NCBI GenBank assembly: GCA_965223795.1
Contig: CBDCXL010000002.1
Location: 2,240,001-2,304,000 of the forward strand
Direction: 5' to 3'
DNA length: 64,000 bases
Origin: Nitrospinales bacterium
GTDB lineage: Bacteria; Nitrospinota; Nitrospinia; Nitrospinales; VA-1
A program made the translations under genes and the position numbers. How positions within the stretch are numbered: position 1 is the first letter of the stretch; the number at the start of each line of letters is the position of its first letter. The notes below the pieces were generated by a model. It saw only the letters and a program-made list of their open reading frames with translations, was not told the DNA's origin and did not search any database. Below are positions 39,048 through 48,615 of this stretch, piece after piece.

Positions 39048-39376
39048 CGCTGTTCTCCTGCAATGTGAGTGGAAGTATCTTATACAAAAATAAGGAACAG
39101 ACCTTGTTGTAGGGTAAACCAGCAACTGTTGCAACAGGTATTTGCAACAAAAGTCCCGCTCGGCGCGTTTTTGACAAAACCAATGGAAATTGAAGGGTTT
39201 CTTGTATTGAACCTTTGCGTTCAGTACAATCGGAGGACGGAACCAGGAAGACGCGGCCTGAAAGGACGGGCCGGCGTCGGCTTTCTTGCTGAAAACGGCC
39301 TCCAGACCGGGACGAGGAAGCCGGTTCCGGTGGATCATCCGCAAACCCCGATTCTCTCCCCATTCTGCCGTCTTAT

Positions 39377-41539
39377 ATGAAGACAGACCAGCCCTCTAGA
39401 CGATTCCTCTGGGTTCCTGTTTTGCTGATTCCCGTGGTGTTCGCGGTGTACCGGGGCGCGCTGGAAAACCAGTTCGTCAACTGGGACGATCACGAATACG
39501 TCTACGAGAATCCCATGATCCGGTCTCTGTCCGGGCAACACCTCTGGGCGATGCTGACGGAATTTCGCGCCGGCAACTGGCACCCGCTCACCTGGCTGTC
39601 GCACGCTGTGGATCAACAGGGATTCGGACTCAATCCCTGGGGACACCATTTGACCAATATCCTGCTGCACGCGGTCAACGCCTGCCTGGTGTTTTTTCTG
39701 TTTCTCACACTTTTGCGGTGCGCTGCGGCAACGCCGTCCGCGGCGGCGGCGCGGGTGGTGGGGGGCATGGCGGCGGCGCTCTTTTTCGCGCTGCATCCGT
39801 TGCGGGTGGAGTCGGTGGCGTGGGTTTCGGAGCGCAAGGATCTCTTGTGCGCGCTGTTTTTTCTTTCGGCGCTGCTGTTTTATCTCAAGCACCGCTCGGC
39901 CGAACGGCTTTCGGCATCGCGGCGGCATTATTTTGCGGCGCTGTTTTGTTTCGCACTGGCGCTGATGTCCAAGCCGATGGCGGTCACGCTGCCGGTGGTG
40001 CTTCTGCTTCTGGATGTGTGGCCGCTGTCGCGCATCGCGGACGGTGAACCGGTGCGGCGCGTGCTTGCGGAGAAGATGCCTTTTTTCATCCTGAGCGGCG
40101 TGTCCGCGGTGCTGACGGTGCTGGCGCAGCGGGCGGGAGAGGCGGTGCGCACGCTGGAGGAATTCTCTTTTTGGGAGCGGTTGCAGAACGCCCTGGTGAG
40201 CCTTTCGTTTTATCTGGAGCAGACGTTGTGGCCGGTGCGGCTGGTGCCGTTTTACCCGTTCGAACGGGATCTTTCCACGCAGCGTGTGCTCGGCGCGCTG
40301 GCCGTGGTGGCGGCCGTCAGCGCGGTCTGCGTTTTTCTGTGGCGCCGGGGGCACAAAATCGCAGGCGTGGCCTGGGCCTATTATCTGGTGACGCTGTCTC
40401 CGGTGCTGGGCATCGTGCAGGTGGGCGGGCAGGCGGCGGCGGACCGCTACACCTATCTTCCGGGTCTGAGCCTTTGCCTGCTGCTGGGCGCGGGCGCGGC
40501 CTGGCTGTGGCAGTTCAGGCCCGCGCCGTGGTTTAAAAATCCGTTCAAGGCGGGGACGCTTGCGTCCGGTGCGGTGGTGCTTGTGTTCTTGAGCGTCCTG
40601 ACCCAAAAACAGATTCCGGTGTGGAAGAACGGCGAGACATTATGGAGTGCGGTCATCGCGGCATTTCCCAAGAAAGCGGCGCTCGCGCACATCAACCTGG
40701 GGACGCATTATCTGTCCGAGGAAAAACTCGACGAAGCGGAAGCGGAGTTTCAAACGGTGATCCAGAGCCACCCCAGGCTTGCCGGCGCTTACCAGAATCT
40801 GGGACTGGTCTACATCAAGCAGGGGCGGCTGGAAGAAGCGCGCCAGGCCTATGAGGCGGCGCTCGATCTCGATCCCGGCCTGCCAAATGCGCACATTCAA
40901 CTGGGTTCCCTGTATTTGAAAGCGGGGCGGCTGGATCTGGCCGAAGAGGAACTGCTCGCCGTCGTGAAAGCCGATCCGCAATCGTCGGAGGCGCACCATC
41001 AACTGGGTGTGGTGTATTTCAACAGCAACCGGGCTGCCGATGCGGAACAGGCGTACCAGAAGGCGCTCGAACTCGACCCGGACAACCTGGACGCGCGCAA
41101 CAACCTCGGCGTTCTGTATTACGAAACGCGCCGGCTCGACCTTGCGGAAACGGAATTCAAGCAGGTCATCCGCAAGGATCCGGGCAATCAGGAAGCGCGC
41201 AACAATCTCGGCGTGTTGTATTACGATGCGAAACGCTACGATGAAGCGGAGCAGCAACTCAAGGAGGTGCTGCGCGTCGCGCCGGACCGCGCCGACACGC
41301 ATTTTTATCTGGGCATCGTGTTTCTGATTCAGGACCGCAGCGAGGAGGCGTCGCAGGCCCTGCTGCGATCTCTGGAAGAAAACCCCGAAAACGCGGAAGC
41401 GCATCATTATCTCGGAATCGTCTATGGCAAGCGGGGGCTTTTGGACAAGGCGGAAAAGGAGTTCGAAGCCGCCCTCAAAGTCGATCCCGATCACGCCACG
41501 GCGCGGGCCAACCTGGAAAAGATCCGGGCGATCCGGTGA
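39377..41539 (+). CDS. TMTC-like GT-C membrane protein with C-terminal TPR repeats
   Basis: FVNWDD, WHPLTWLS, HPLRVESVAWVSERKD, LMSKP, ADRYTY, then about 8 TPRs. Confidence 0.88.
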   Translation: MKTDQPSRRFLWVPVLLIPVVFAVYRGALENQFVNWDDHEYVYENPMIRSLSGQHLWAMLTEFRAGNWHPLTWLSHAVDQQGFGLNPWGHHLTNILLHAVNACLVFFLFLTLLRCAAATPSAAAARVVGGMAAALFFALHPLRVESVAWVSERKDLLCALFFLSALLFYLKHRSAERLSASRRHYFAALFCFALALMSKPMAVTLPVVLLLLDVWPLSRIADGEPVRRVLAEKMPFFILSGVSAVLTVLAQRAGEAVRTLEEFSFWERLQNALVSLSFYLEQTLWPVRLVPFYPFERDLSTQRVLGALAVVAAVSAVCVFLWRRGHKIAGVAWAYYLVTLSPVLGIVQVGGQAAADRYTYLPGLSLCLLLGAGAAWLWQFRPAPWFKNPFKAGTLASGAVVLVFLSVLTQKQIPVWKNGETLWSAVIAAFPKKAALAHINLGTHYLSEEKLDEAEAEFQTVIQSHPRLAGAYQNLGLVYIKQGRLEEARQAYEAALDLDPGLPNAHIQLGSLYLKAGRLDLAEEELLAVVKADPQSSEAHHQLGVVYFNSNRAADAEQAYQKALELDPDNLDARNNLGVLYYETRRLDLAETEFKQVIRKDPGNQEARNNLGVLYYDAKRYDEAEQQLKEVLRVAPDRADTHFYLGIVFLIQDRSEEASQALLRSLEENPENAEAHHYLGIVYGKRGLLDKAEKEFEAALKVDPDHATARANLEKIRAIR

Positions 41540-41606
41540 CCGTGTTTTTCGGCCGTCTCTTGAAAGCGGCGCGTTCTCAGACCGTGCATCCCGTGTAAAG
41601 CCTGAT

Positions 41607-41635
41607 TTGACAATCGATTTTCGATTTTCTAGAAT
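41607..41635 (+). promoter_or_regulatory. Sigma70 promoter of the cyclophilin pair
   Basis: TTGACA-N17-TAGAAT. Confidence 0.75.
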
Positions 41636-41748
41636 GATTCATTCCGAAGAAACGGACCCTGGAGGACCCCGGTTTTCATCCGGGGGACGCGAACGGCGCG
41701 TCCGCATGCCTTCCTGAAAATACAACCATTCATTGATCTGGAGGAAAC

Positions 41749-42303
41749 ATGAACGTTTTATTGCGAGGAACCGCCGCGATGGTGGTGGCTGTGTTTTTGG
41801 GGTGGGGGACGGTCCAGGCCGAGGAAGTCGCCGTGATCGAAACCAGCATGGGAACCATTGAGTTCAAGTTTTTGCCGGACAAGGCGCCCGGTCACGTGAA
41901 AAATTTCAAGCAGCTGGCCAAAAACGGCTTTTACGACGGCACCACCTTTCACCGGGTGATCCCCGGTTTCATGATCCAGGGCGGCGACCCCAACTCCAAG
42001 CTGGATGACCGGAAAAAGCACGGCATGGGCGGCCCCGGCTACACGATCAAGGCGGAGTTCAACGACACGCCGCACACGCGCGGAATCGTTTCGATGGCGC
42101 GCTCGCGGGATCCGGACAGCGCCGGGTCGCAGTTTTTCATCGTGGTGAAGGATGCGAATTTTCTCGACGGGCAGTACACTGCGTTCGGGCAGGTCACCGA
42201 GGGCATGGATGTGGCGGATAAAATCGTCAGCGCGCCGCGCGACAGCAGGGACAACCCGATCGACAAGGTCGAGATGAAAAAGGTCACCATCAAGGATAAA
42301 TGA
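41749..42303 (+). CDS. Cyclophilin-type PPIase, exported (signal peptide)
   Basis: FHRVIPGFMIQGGDP, SMAR, AGSQFFI. VQA-E cleavage site. Confidence 0.95.
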   Translation: MNVLLRGTAAMVVAVFLGWGTVQAEEVAVIETSMGTIEFKFLPDKAPGHVKNFKQLAKNGFYDGTTFHRVIPGFMIQGGDPNSKLDDRKKHGMGGPGYTIKAEFNDTPHTRGIVSMARSRDPDSAGSQFFIVVKDANFLDGQYTAFGQVTEGMDVADKIVSAPRDSRDNPIDKVEMKKVTIKDK

Positions 42304-42397
42304 CCGTTTCGTTTACGGGGAACGGACCGCGGGCTTCGATCCCGCAATCCGGTCCGGGACCGGGCGTTCTTAATCAATTCACCAGGAGGTTGCTTTC

Positions 42398-42898
42398 ATG
42401 TCGGATGCAGCAGGCGAGATCGCCGTCATCAATACCACTTTAGGGACGATCAAACTCGAATTTTTCGAGGACAAGGCGCCCGGACACGTGCAAAACTTCA
42501 AGGACCTGGCCCGCAAGGGATTTTACAACGGCACCACTTTTCACCGGGTGATTCCGGGATTCATGATCCAGGGCGGCGACCCCAATTCCAAAGGCGGCAA
42601 CAAGTCCACCCACGGCACCGGAGGACCCGGCTACACGATCAAGGCGGAGTTCAACGACACGCCGCACAAACGCGGCGTGCTTTCGATGGCGCGGGCGCAG
42701 GACCCGGATAGCGCCGGGTCGCAGTTTTTCATCGTGGTGAAGGATTCGAATTTTCTCGACGGGCAGTACACGGCGTTCGGGCAGGTCACCGAGGGCATGG
42801 ACGTCGCCGATGCGATCGTCAATTCACCCCGGGATGCGAACGACAACCCGAACGAACGCGTCGAGATGAAAGAGGTGCGGATCGAAAACGCCGGATGA
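42398..42898 (+). CDS. Cyclophilin-type PPIase, cytoplasmic
   Basis: Same motifs, no signal peptide. Confidence 0.95.
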   Translation: MSDAAGEIAVINTTLGTIKLEFFEDKAPGHVQNFKDLARKGFYNGTTFHRVIPGFMIQGGDPNSKGGNKSTHGTGGPGYTIKAEFNDTPHKRGVLSMARAQDPDSAGSQFFIVVKDSNFLDGQYTAFGQVTEGMDVADAIVNSPRDANDNPNERVEMKEVRIENAG

Positions 42899-42940
42899 GG
42901 GACCCTCACACTAGAACAGAACGGGACTTTTGCTGAAACG

Positions 42941-43300
42941 ATGGAAACAAATTTCGATATCCATGTTTACGAAATCATGAAGACCTCCACGCCCGCCGGC
43001 AGGCACGAGGAAGACGGGGAGCCGGCCGGCGACACCATCCGCAAGCTGATTCTGGACAACTGGGAGACCCACGAAAAGATCAACATCTATTTTGAGGGCA
43101 TCGCCAAGATGACGCGGCCTTTCATCGATGAAGCGTTCGCCAAGGTACTGGAAACCCGCACTCTGGATGAGTTCAATTCCCGGCTTCACTTTCCCGATGC
43201 CAGCGATCAGATCGTGAAGGCGCTCAACGAAGCGGTCAAGCTTCGGCTCAAGATCATCAAGGCCGCCAAAGAGCGCGAGGAAATGGAAGGCGGGATGTGA
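42941..43300 (+). CDS. STAS-like (DUF4325-type) small protein
   Basis: G..IR.LI, INIYFEGI..MT..FIDEAF pattern. Confidence 0.6.
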   Translation: METNFDIHVYEIMKTSTPAGRHEEDGEPAGDTIRKLILDNWETHEKINIYFEGIAKMTRPFIDEAFAKVLETRTLDEFNSRLHFPDASDQIVKALNEAVKLRLKIIKAAKEREEMEGGM

Positions 43301-43328
43301 ATCCGGCAGCGCCGCAAAGGCTCTGCAA

Positions 43329-43928
43329 TTATTTTAGCGGAGTCTCGGCGACTTCGGCGATGAACGCTTCGGCGAACGCCGGCACCGCGGCGGGGCCCTT
43401 GCCGGTGATAACGCGTTCGTAGTTGGTCACGTCATCGGTGGACATCAGGGCTTTCATTTCCTCAAGGGCTTTTTTGGTGTGTTTGTCGTCCGCGACGGCG
43501 ACCTCCCGGTCGTCCATCAGCCCCGCGTTGGAGAGACAGGGAACCGCCGAGCCCACCGCGCCGATCACCATGTTGCTGCGGTGGCGGTCCGCGATCAACA
43601 GGCGGACCAGCTCGTCCTTCCAGAGATGCGAGCGCGCTCCCTTGCCGCCGACCAGGATCACTCCGTGAAACACCCCTTTGACCTGCCGCGTGCCGCGGCC
43701 GCCGGCCACATAGCTGTCTCCGATGATGCCCTCGATGGCGTCGACGATGAGGAAATTCGGCATCTGGCGTCCGGTCTTCATGCCCACCGCCTCTTTCATT
43801 TTAGCGGACGCGATGTACGTCTCCGCTTCCTCCTTTTTCATCGCTTCGATCAAGGGATCGAGGATGTCCTCGTCGTAATAATCTTTGGGGATGATGAAGA
43901 GGATGTTCTTTCCGGTCAAACGCGCCAT
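43329..43928 (-). CDS. DJ-1/PfpI family protein
   Basis: GVILVGGKGA, VITGKGP. The nucleophile-elbow Cys (AIC) is replaced (AVGSA). Confidence 0.75.
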   Translation of the reverse strand: MARLTGKNILFIIPKDYYDEDILDPLIEAMKKEEAETYIASAKMKEAVGMKTGRQMPNFLIVDAIEGIIGDSYVAGGRGTRQVKGVFHGVILVGGKGARSHLWKDELVRLLIADRHRSNMVIGAVGSAVPCLSNAGLMDDREVAVADDKHTKKALEEMKALMSTDDVTNYERVITGKGPAAVPAFAEAFIAEVAETPLK

Positions 43929-44111
43929 GTTCGGGCTTCTCCTTTCAAACGCGCGGACGCACGCCGCTCAGGTTCTGATTTGAAATCGGCATTTTAGCAC
44001 AGTTGCCCTGTCGGGCGGATTTTCAGGCAGCCGGCGTTCAGCGCGGGCGGAGAGGGCGGGAAGGAAAAACCAGGGAAAGACGGGAAGCGGCTGCTTCCCG
44101 TCCGGATCCTG

Positions 44112-45350
44112 TCAATTGTGGCGTCCGTTTCCCCCACTGCCGCCCAGAGTCTCGGAAGTGGCCGGCATCAGACTCTCCAGGGAAAAGTTGCCGTGGACCT
44201 CTGCGTAGTCGTCAAACCAGAAGGCTTCGGGATTGCGGTTGAACACCAGAAACCGCGAGAAGTTTTCTTCGTCTGCGGCACGGTTGTACTTGAAGAAAAT
44301 CTGCGTGGGCGTCATTCCGACCACCTCGATTTTCCCGCTTTCGTGCGACATGACCAGCCGTGCGCGTTTGGCCAGACCGGAACCACGGACGCGGGCGTGT
44401 TCGAAGATCTTGTAGCCTTCTTCCACCGGCACCGAATAGGCGCCGTTGCCCAAGGTTGGGCGGCACAGGAAAACGTAATAGGGCGGCACGCCGATGTAGG
44501 ACAGTTTGCGGAACAGTTCACCGAGCACCTTGGGGGTGTCGTTGATGCCGCGGATCAGAGGCGTCTGATTGACGAGGATCGCCCCCGCCTTCATGAGCTG
44601 ATTCAGGCCCTCGATAGCTACTTTTGTCAATTCGCGCGGATGGTTGAAATGCGCCATGATGTAGATCTTCTTTTCATCGGTGCTGTAGGTGCGGATCATG
44701 TCGAGGAGAGACGGGTCGTTGAGGATGCGGAAGGGGTTGAACGCCGGAATTTTCGTGCCGATGCGGATGATCTGCACGTGGTCGATTTCCCGCACCTGGC
44801 GGATGATCGGCTCCAGCTTGCTGGTGGACATGATCAACGGATCGCCGCCGGTCAGCAGCACGTTGGAGACTTCCTTGTGGCCGCGGATGTATTCGAGCCC
44901 GTCGCTGATGTCTTTCGTCACCTCGTCGTTTTCGTTCATGAAAAGCCGCTTGCGGAAACAGAACCGGCAATAGGCGGCGCACACTTCGTTGACCAGAAGC
45001 AGAGCGGTGGAGGTGTATTTGTGCTCCAGCCCGCGGACCTTGGTGTATTTTTCCTCATTGGAAGCGTCCAGCTGGCCCCATTCATCGAGTTCCTGGACTT
45101 CCGGAATCACGATCTTGCGAATGGGATCGTCAGGATCGTTCCAATCGATGAGGGACTGGTAGTAATCGTTGGTCCTGAAAACGAATTTGTCGTTGACGAG
45201 AGCGAGCTTTTCTCTTTCCGCCTCGCTCAATTCAGGGATCTGCTCCAGCTTGGTCAGGTATTTGGCTTTTTGGGAAGCCTGCCTGGCGGTTTCCTTGTCA
45301 CCGCTGTTTTTATTTTTATTTTTCGAGAAAAAATTGATGGGTATGTCCAT
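44112..45350 (-). CDS. KamA-family radical SAM aminomutase-like protein
   Basis: GLEHKY, CAAYCRFCFRKR, LLTGGDPL, HFNHPRE, NQTPL.RGIND, PYY.F.CRP. Confidence 0.9.
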   Translation of the reverse strand: MDIPINFFSKNKNKNSGDKETARQASQKAKYLTKLEQIPELSEAEREKLALVNDKFVFRTNDYYQSLIDWNDPDDPIRKIVIPEVQELDEWGQLDASNEEKYTKVRGLEHKYTSTALLLVNEVCAAYCRFCFRKRLFMNENDEVTKDISDGLEYIRGHKEVSNVLLTGGDPLIMSTSKLEPIIRQVREIDHVQIIRIGTKIPAFNPFRILNDPSLLDMIRTYSTDEKKIYIMAHFNHPRELTKVAIEGLNQLMKAGAILVNQTPLIRGINDTPKVLGELFRKLSYIGVPPYYVFLCRPTLGNGAYSVPVEEGYKIFEHARVRGSGLAKRARLVMSHESGKIEVVGMTPTQIFFKYNRAADEENFSRFLVFNRNPEAFWFDDYAEVHGNFSLESLMPATSETLGGSGGNGRHN

Positions 45351-45674
45351 GGTTCACCTCCTCTCCAATCCGCAAACTCGCGGAAACGGGTTGGCGAAGA
45401 TTCTTTGAATCCTTCTTGTTTCTAAAGGGCAAAATGATCCCTTAACGGTGGCATCGATCCCGCTCTGTGCCTGGTTGCTAGTGATTACGACTGAGGGCTG
45501 CCGGGGAATTTATAGGATCTTTGATATCGGTCCGAAACCTTACAGCGGTTTCGTCTGCCAGGGTATGACTTTTTCAAGGTCTCCTTAGGTTCCAGGAACG
45601 GTTGGCCCGGCCAGTAAGCTTCGATCTTGGCTTAAGAAGTTGAAAAAAAATGGTTTATGGATTGATATGTGCAG

Positions 45675-45703
45675 AGTATACAGAAGTGTAGATGTCCGCG
45701 CAA
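45675..45703 (-). promoter_or_regulatory. Putative sigma70 promoter of the KamA-family gene
   Basis: TTGCGC-N17-TATACT on the minus strand. Confidence 0.45.
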
Positions 45704-45905
45704 GTGAAAAGGATTTTTATATTCGCGCGCCGGCCGCATGCACAGTCGCAAAACTTTTTTACTGCATTGAAATATAAGTTTTTATTGTCACGCCGCGAAA
45801 AAGGCGCTGAGAACCGCCGTACGCTTCCGAACAGCACCGGTTTGCCGGTTTGCGGCTAAGAGCCCAATGGATTCAATGCATTTTGAGTCGATCGAGATAA
45901 TTTGA

Positions 45906-45933
45906 TTGACAGTGAATTAGGATTGATTATAAT
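45906..45933 (+). promoter_or_regulatory. Consensus sigma70 promoter of the cytochrome c gene
   Basis: TTGACA-N16-TATAAT. Confidence 0.8.
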
Positions 45934-46188
45934 GCACTGCTCCTTTTTTATAGTTCAATGAGACTAGTGGCCTTGTTAACGAAGTCTTCTGTATTTTCAG
46001 GACAAAGCGTAAATAAATTCGTTCGAAGGATACATGTTTCGGCTTCACGATCTCACCGATGTCTCAAGTTCCAACCCGAAACCACGATCATCTGAATTGA
46101 TATTTTCGCGGTACACCACGCGTGAATTTTGTTTCATGGGATGTTGGCAACTCACTTAAATGATTCGAATCAGGAAGGAGAATTGTAA

Positions 46189-46623
46189 ATGAAAAAGATT
46201 GCGGTTTTAGCAGTATTGGCAGTGTTCAGTTTCTTCGTCGTCAGCTCCGCCTATGCGGGAGGCGAATGTCCCCAACCGAGGAAAACCAAGGCCGCTCCTG
46301 CCAGCGCTGCCAAAATGGATAAAACAAAAGGCGCCAATGCGGACAACGGCAAAAAGATTTACGACAAAACCGCCAAGCCGATGGCCTGCAAAATGTGTCA
46401 TGGCGACAAGGGCGACGGGACCGGCAAACTGGGTGCTGCTCTGAAGCCGAAGCCGCGGAATTTCACCTGTAAGGACACCATGAAAGATGTGTCTCCCGGC
46501 CAGATGTTCCACGTCATCAAAAACGGCTCTGCCGGAACCGGCATGGTTGCCCACGGTAAAACTCTGAAAGACAAGGAAATCTGGGATGTGGTCAAATACA
46601 TCAACAGCGCGTTCAATAAATAA
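46189..46623 (+). CDS. Periplasmic monohaem cytochrome c
   Basis: Signal peptide (AYA), CKMCH, distal Met in GTGMV, AAGGAG RBS. Confidence 0.93.
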   Translation: MKKIAVLAVLAVFSFFVVSSAYAGGECPQPRKTKAAPASAAKMDKTKGANADNGKKIYDKTAKPMACKMCHGDKGDGTGKLGAALKPKPRNFTCKDTMKDVSPGQMFHVIKNGSAGTGMVAHGKTLKDKEIWDVVKYINSAFNK

Positions 46624-46641
46624 ACGACTGTAACGGATTCC

Positions 46642-46676
46642 AGGCAGGCCCCCTTCGGGGGGCCTGCTTTTTTTTT
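46642..46676 (+). terminator. Rho-independent terminator
   Basis: GCAGGCCCCC-TTCG-GGGGGCCTGC followed by T9. Confidence 0.93.
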
Positions 46677-46750
46677 GCTCTCGTTTTCTCCGGGAAGGCA
46701 TAATGGCTGGCGTTGAACTCATCATCCATTCCGCAGCGGGGGAGAACGAT

Positions 46751-47665
46751 TTGCGCCGGTTGCATCACAGGACTTCGGGGTTGATCCACAGGATGCTTTG
46801 CGCCGCGGCCGGTTTACTGCTTTGCTTCGCAGCCGCCGCGCAGGCCGCGGAACCCGGCAGCCGGGAACGCCCGCTCAACATGATGTTCGTCCCCTCCGGA
46901 GACAGCCAGGTGATCCTCAAGGGCGGGCGGAAAATCGCCCGACTGCTGAATCAGACAACGGGCCTGCATTTCAAAACCTCCGTGGCCACCAGCTACGCCA
47001 CCGTCATCGAAGCGATGGGCGCGGGCAAGGTGGACATCGGCTGGCTCGCCACGTTCAGCTATGTGCTGGCGAACCAAAAGCACGACGCTCAATTGCTCCT
47101 CATCGTGATGCGGTTCGGCAGTCCTTTCTACCGCGGCCAGATCATGGCGCGCGCCGACAGCGGCATCGAGACACTGGCGGATTTGAAGGGAAAAAAATTT
47201 GCCTTCGTCGATCCCGCCTCCACGTCCGGCCACCTGTATCCCAAATCGCTGCTTCTCGCGAAAGGCCACGATCCAGCCACGTTTTTTTCCGAAACGGTGT
47301 TCGCAGGATCGCACAACGCGGTGGTCCTGTCTTTGCTCAAGGGAGAGGTGGACGGCGGTGCGGCCTACGACGGGGCGCGGGCGGCGGTGGCGAAGAGCTT
47401 TCCGGAGGTGTTCGATAAAATCAAGGTGATCGCCCATACGGAGAATATTCCCAACGACACGGTGACGGTGCGCAAAGGTCTGCCGCCTGAAATCGTAAAA
47501 ACGGTCAAGCAGGGGCTCAAGCGCCTCGCGAAATCGCCCGAGGGCGCCAAAGTGCTCAAGCAGGTCTACGGCATCACGGGCCTTCAGGACCTGGACGGTT
47601 TCTTCGACCCGGTGCGGGAAGCGAGCCGGCTGCTCGGTCTCGACCTGAAATCGATCCGCCGTTGA
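46751..47665 (+). CDS. phnD: Phosphate/phosphite/phosphonate ABC transporter substrate-binding protein
   Basis: Signal peptide, SYATVIEAM, DPASTSGHLYP, GSHNA, IPND. Start uncertain. Confidence 0.85.
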   Translation: MRRLHHRTSGLIHRMLCAAAGLLLCFAAAAQAAEPGSRERPLNMMFVPSGDSQVILKGGRKIARLLNQTTGLHFKTSVATSYATVIEAMGAGKVDIGWLATFSYVLANQKHDAQLLLIVMRFGSPFYRGQIMARADSGIETLADLKGKKFAFVDPASTSGHLYPKSLLLAKGHDPATFFSETVFAGSHNAVVLSLLKGEVDGGAAYDGARAAVAKSFPEVFDKIKVIAHTENIPNDTVTVRKGLPPEIVKTVKQGLKRLAKSPEGAKVLKQVYGITGLQDLDGFFDPVREASRLLGLDLKSIRR

Positions 47666-47690
47666 GCCGCGCTTTCACATTCGGAAGCAC

Positions 47691-48428
47691 ATGCTGCGTA
47701 TTGAGAATTTGAGCAAAACTTATGCAGACGGCACCCGCGCGCTCAAGGGGGTTTCCTTCGAGCTTGCGCGCGGCGAATTCGTCGCGGTGCTGGGCAAAAG
47801 CGGATCGGGAAAATCCACGCTGCTGCGCTGCGTCAACCGTCTTGTGGAACCGAGTTCGGGCCGGATCGTTTTCGCCGACGCGGACGTCACCGCGGCATCG
47901 CCGAATCAACTGCGCGCGCTCAGGCGGCGCATGGGGATGATCTTTCAGCAATACAACCTGATCTCGCGCGCGTCGGTCCGGACCAATGCGCTCACTGGCA
48001 GCCTCGGGTCCGTGTCCGCCTGGGGCGGGCTGTTGAATCGTTTTCCCAAAGAAGCCGCTGCCCGCGCTGAAAGCCTGTTGTCCGGGCTGGGCCTTGCGGA
48101 TAAAGCGGCGCAGCGCGCATCAGCCCTGAGCGGCGGCCAGCAGCAGCGGGTGGGCATCGCGCGCGCGCTGATGCAGGAGCCGGAACTGATTCTGGCGGAC
48201 GAGCCGGTGTCCAACCTCGATCCCAAGACCGCACGCACCATTCTCGATATCCTGATGGAGATCAACCGCACGCGGCGGGTGAGCGTATTGTGCAACCTGC
48301 ACCTGCCGGAGCTGGCGAAGGACTACGGCAGCCGCATCCTGGCGCTGGCGGCTGGAAACGTGGTGTACGACGGCCCGCCGGACGGGCTGGATAGCACGGT
48401 GCTCGAACGCATCTACGAGGGAGATTGA
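47691..48428 (+). CDS. phnC: Phosphonate ABC transporter ATP-binding protein
   Basis: [33 protein letters not shown]. Confidence 0.9.
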   Translation: MLRIENLSKTYADGTRALKGVSFELARGEFVAVLGKSGSGKSTLLRCVNRLVEPSSGRIVFADADVTAASPNQLRALRRRMGMIFQQYNLISRASVRTNALTGSLGSVSAWGGLLNRFPKEAAARAESLLSGLGLADKAAQRASALSGGQQQRVGIARALMQEPELILADEPVSNLDPKTARTILDILMEINRTRRVSVLCNLHLPELAKDYGSRILALAAGNVVYDGPPDGLDSTVLERIYEGD

Positions 48429-48615
48429 ATGCGCTGTGTTTTGCAATGGGACCGCGGCCGCCGGGAAAAGGAAAAACCATTGAAAAAATGCCGGTTTCGG
48501 TGTTCCGGAGCGGGTAAATCGCGTTTTTTTGCGGTGAAAAAGTGTGTTAGGGTAGGATGAGAGGTTCGAGCGCCGGATCGAGCATGGAATCACAACCTGA
48601 AACGGGGAGTGAACA

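Noticed and set aside
45424..45445. GGGCAAA word resembling the start of a c-di-GMP-I riboswitch
   Set aside because: Wrong strand for the KamA-family gene, and the remaining conserved elements are absent.
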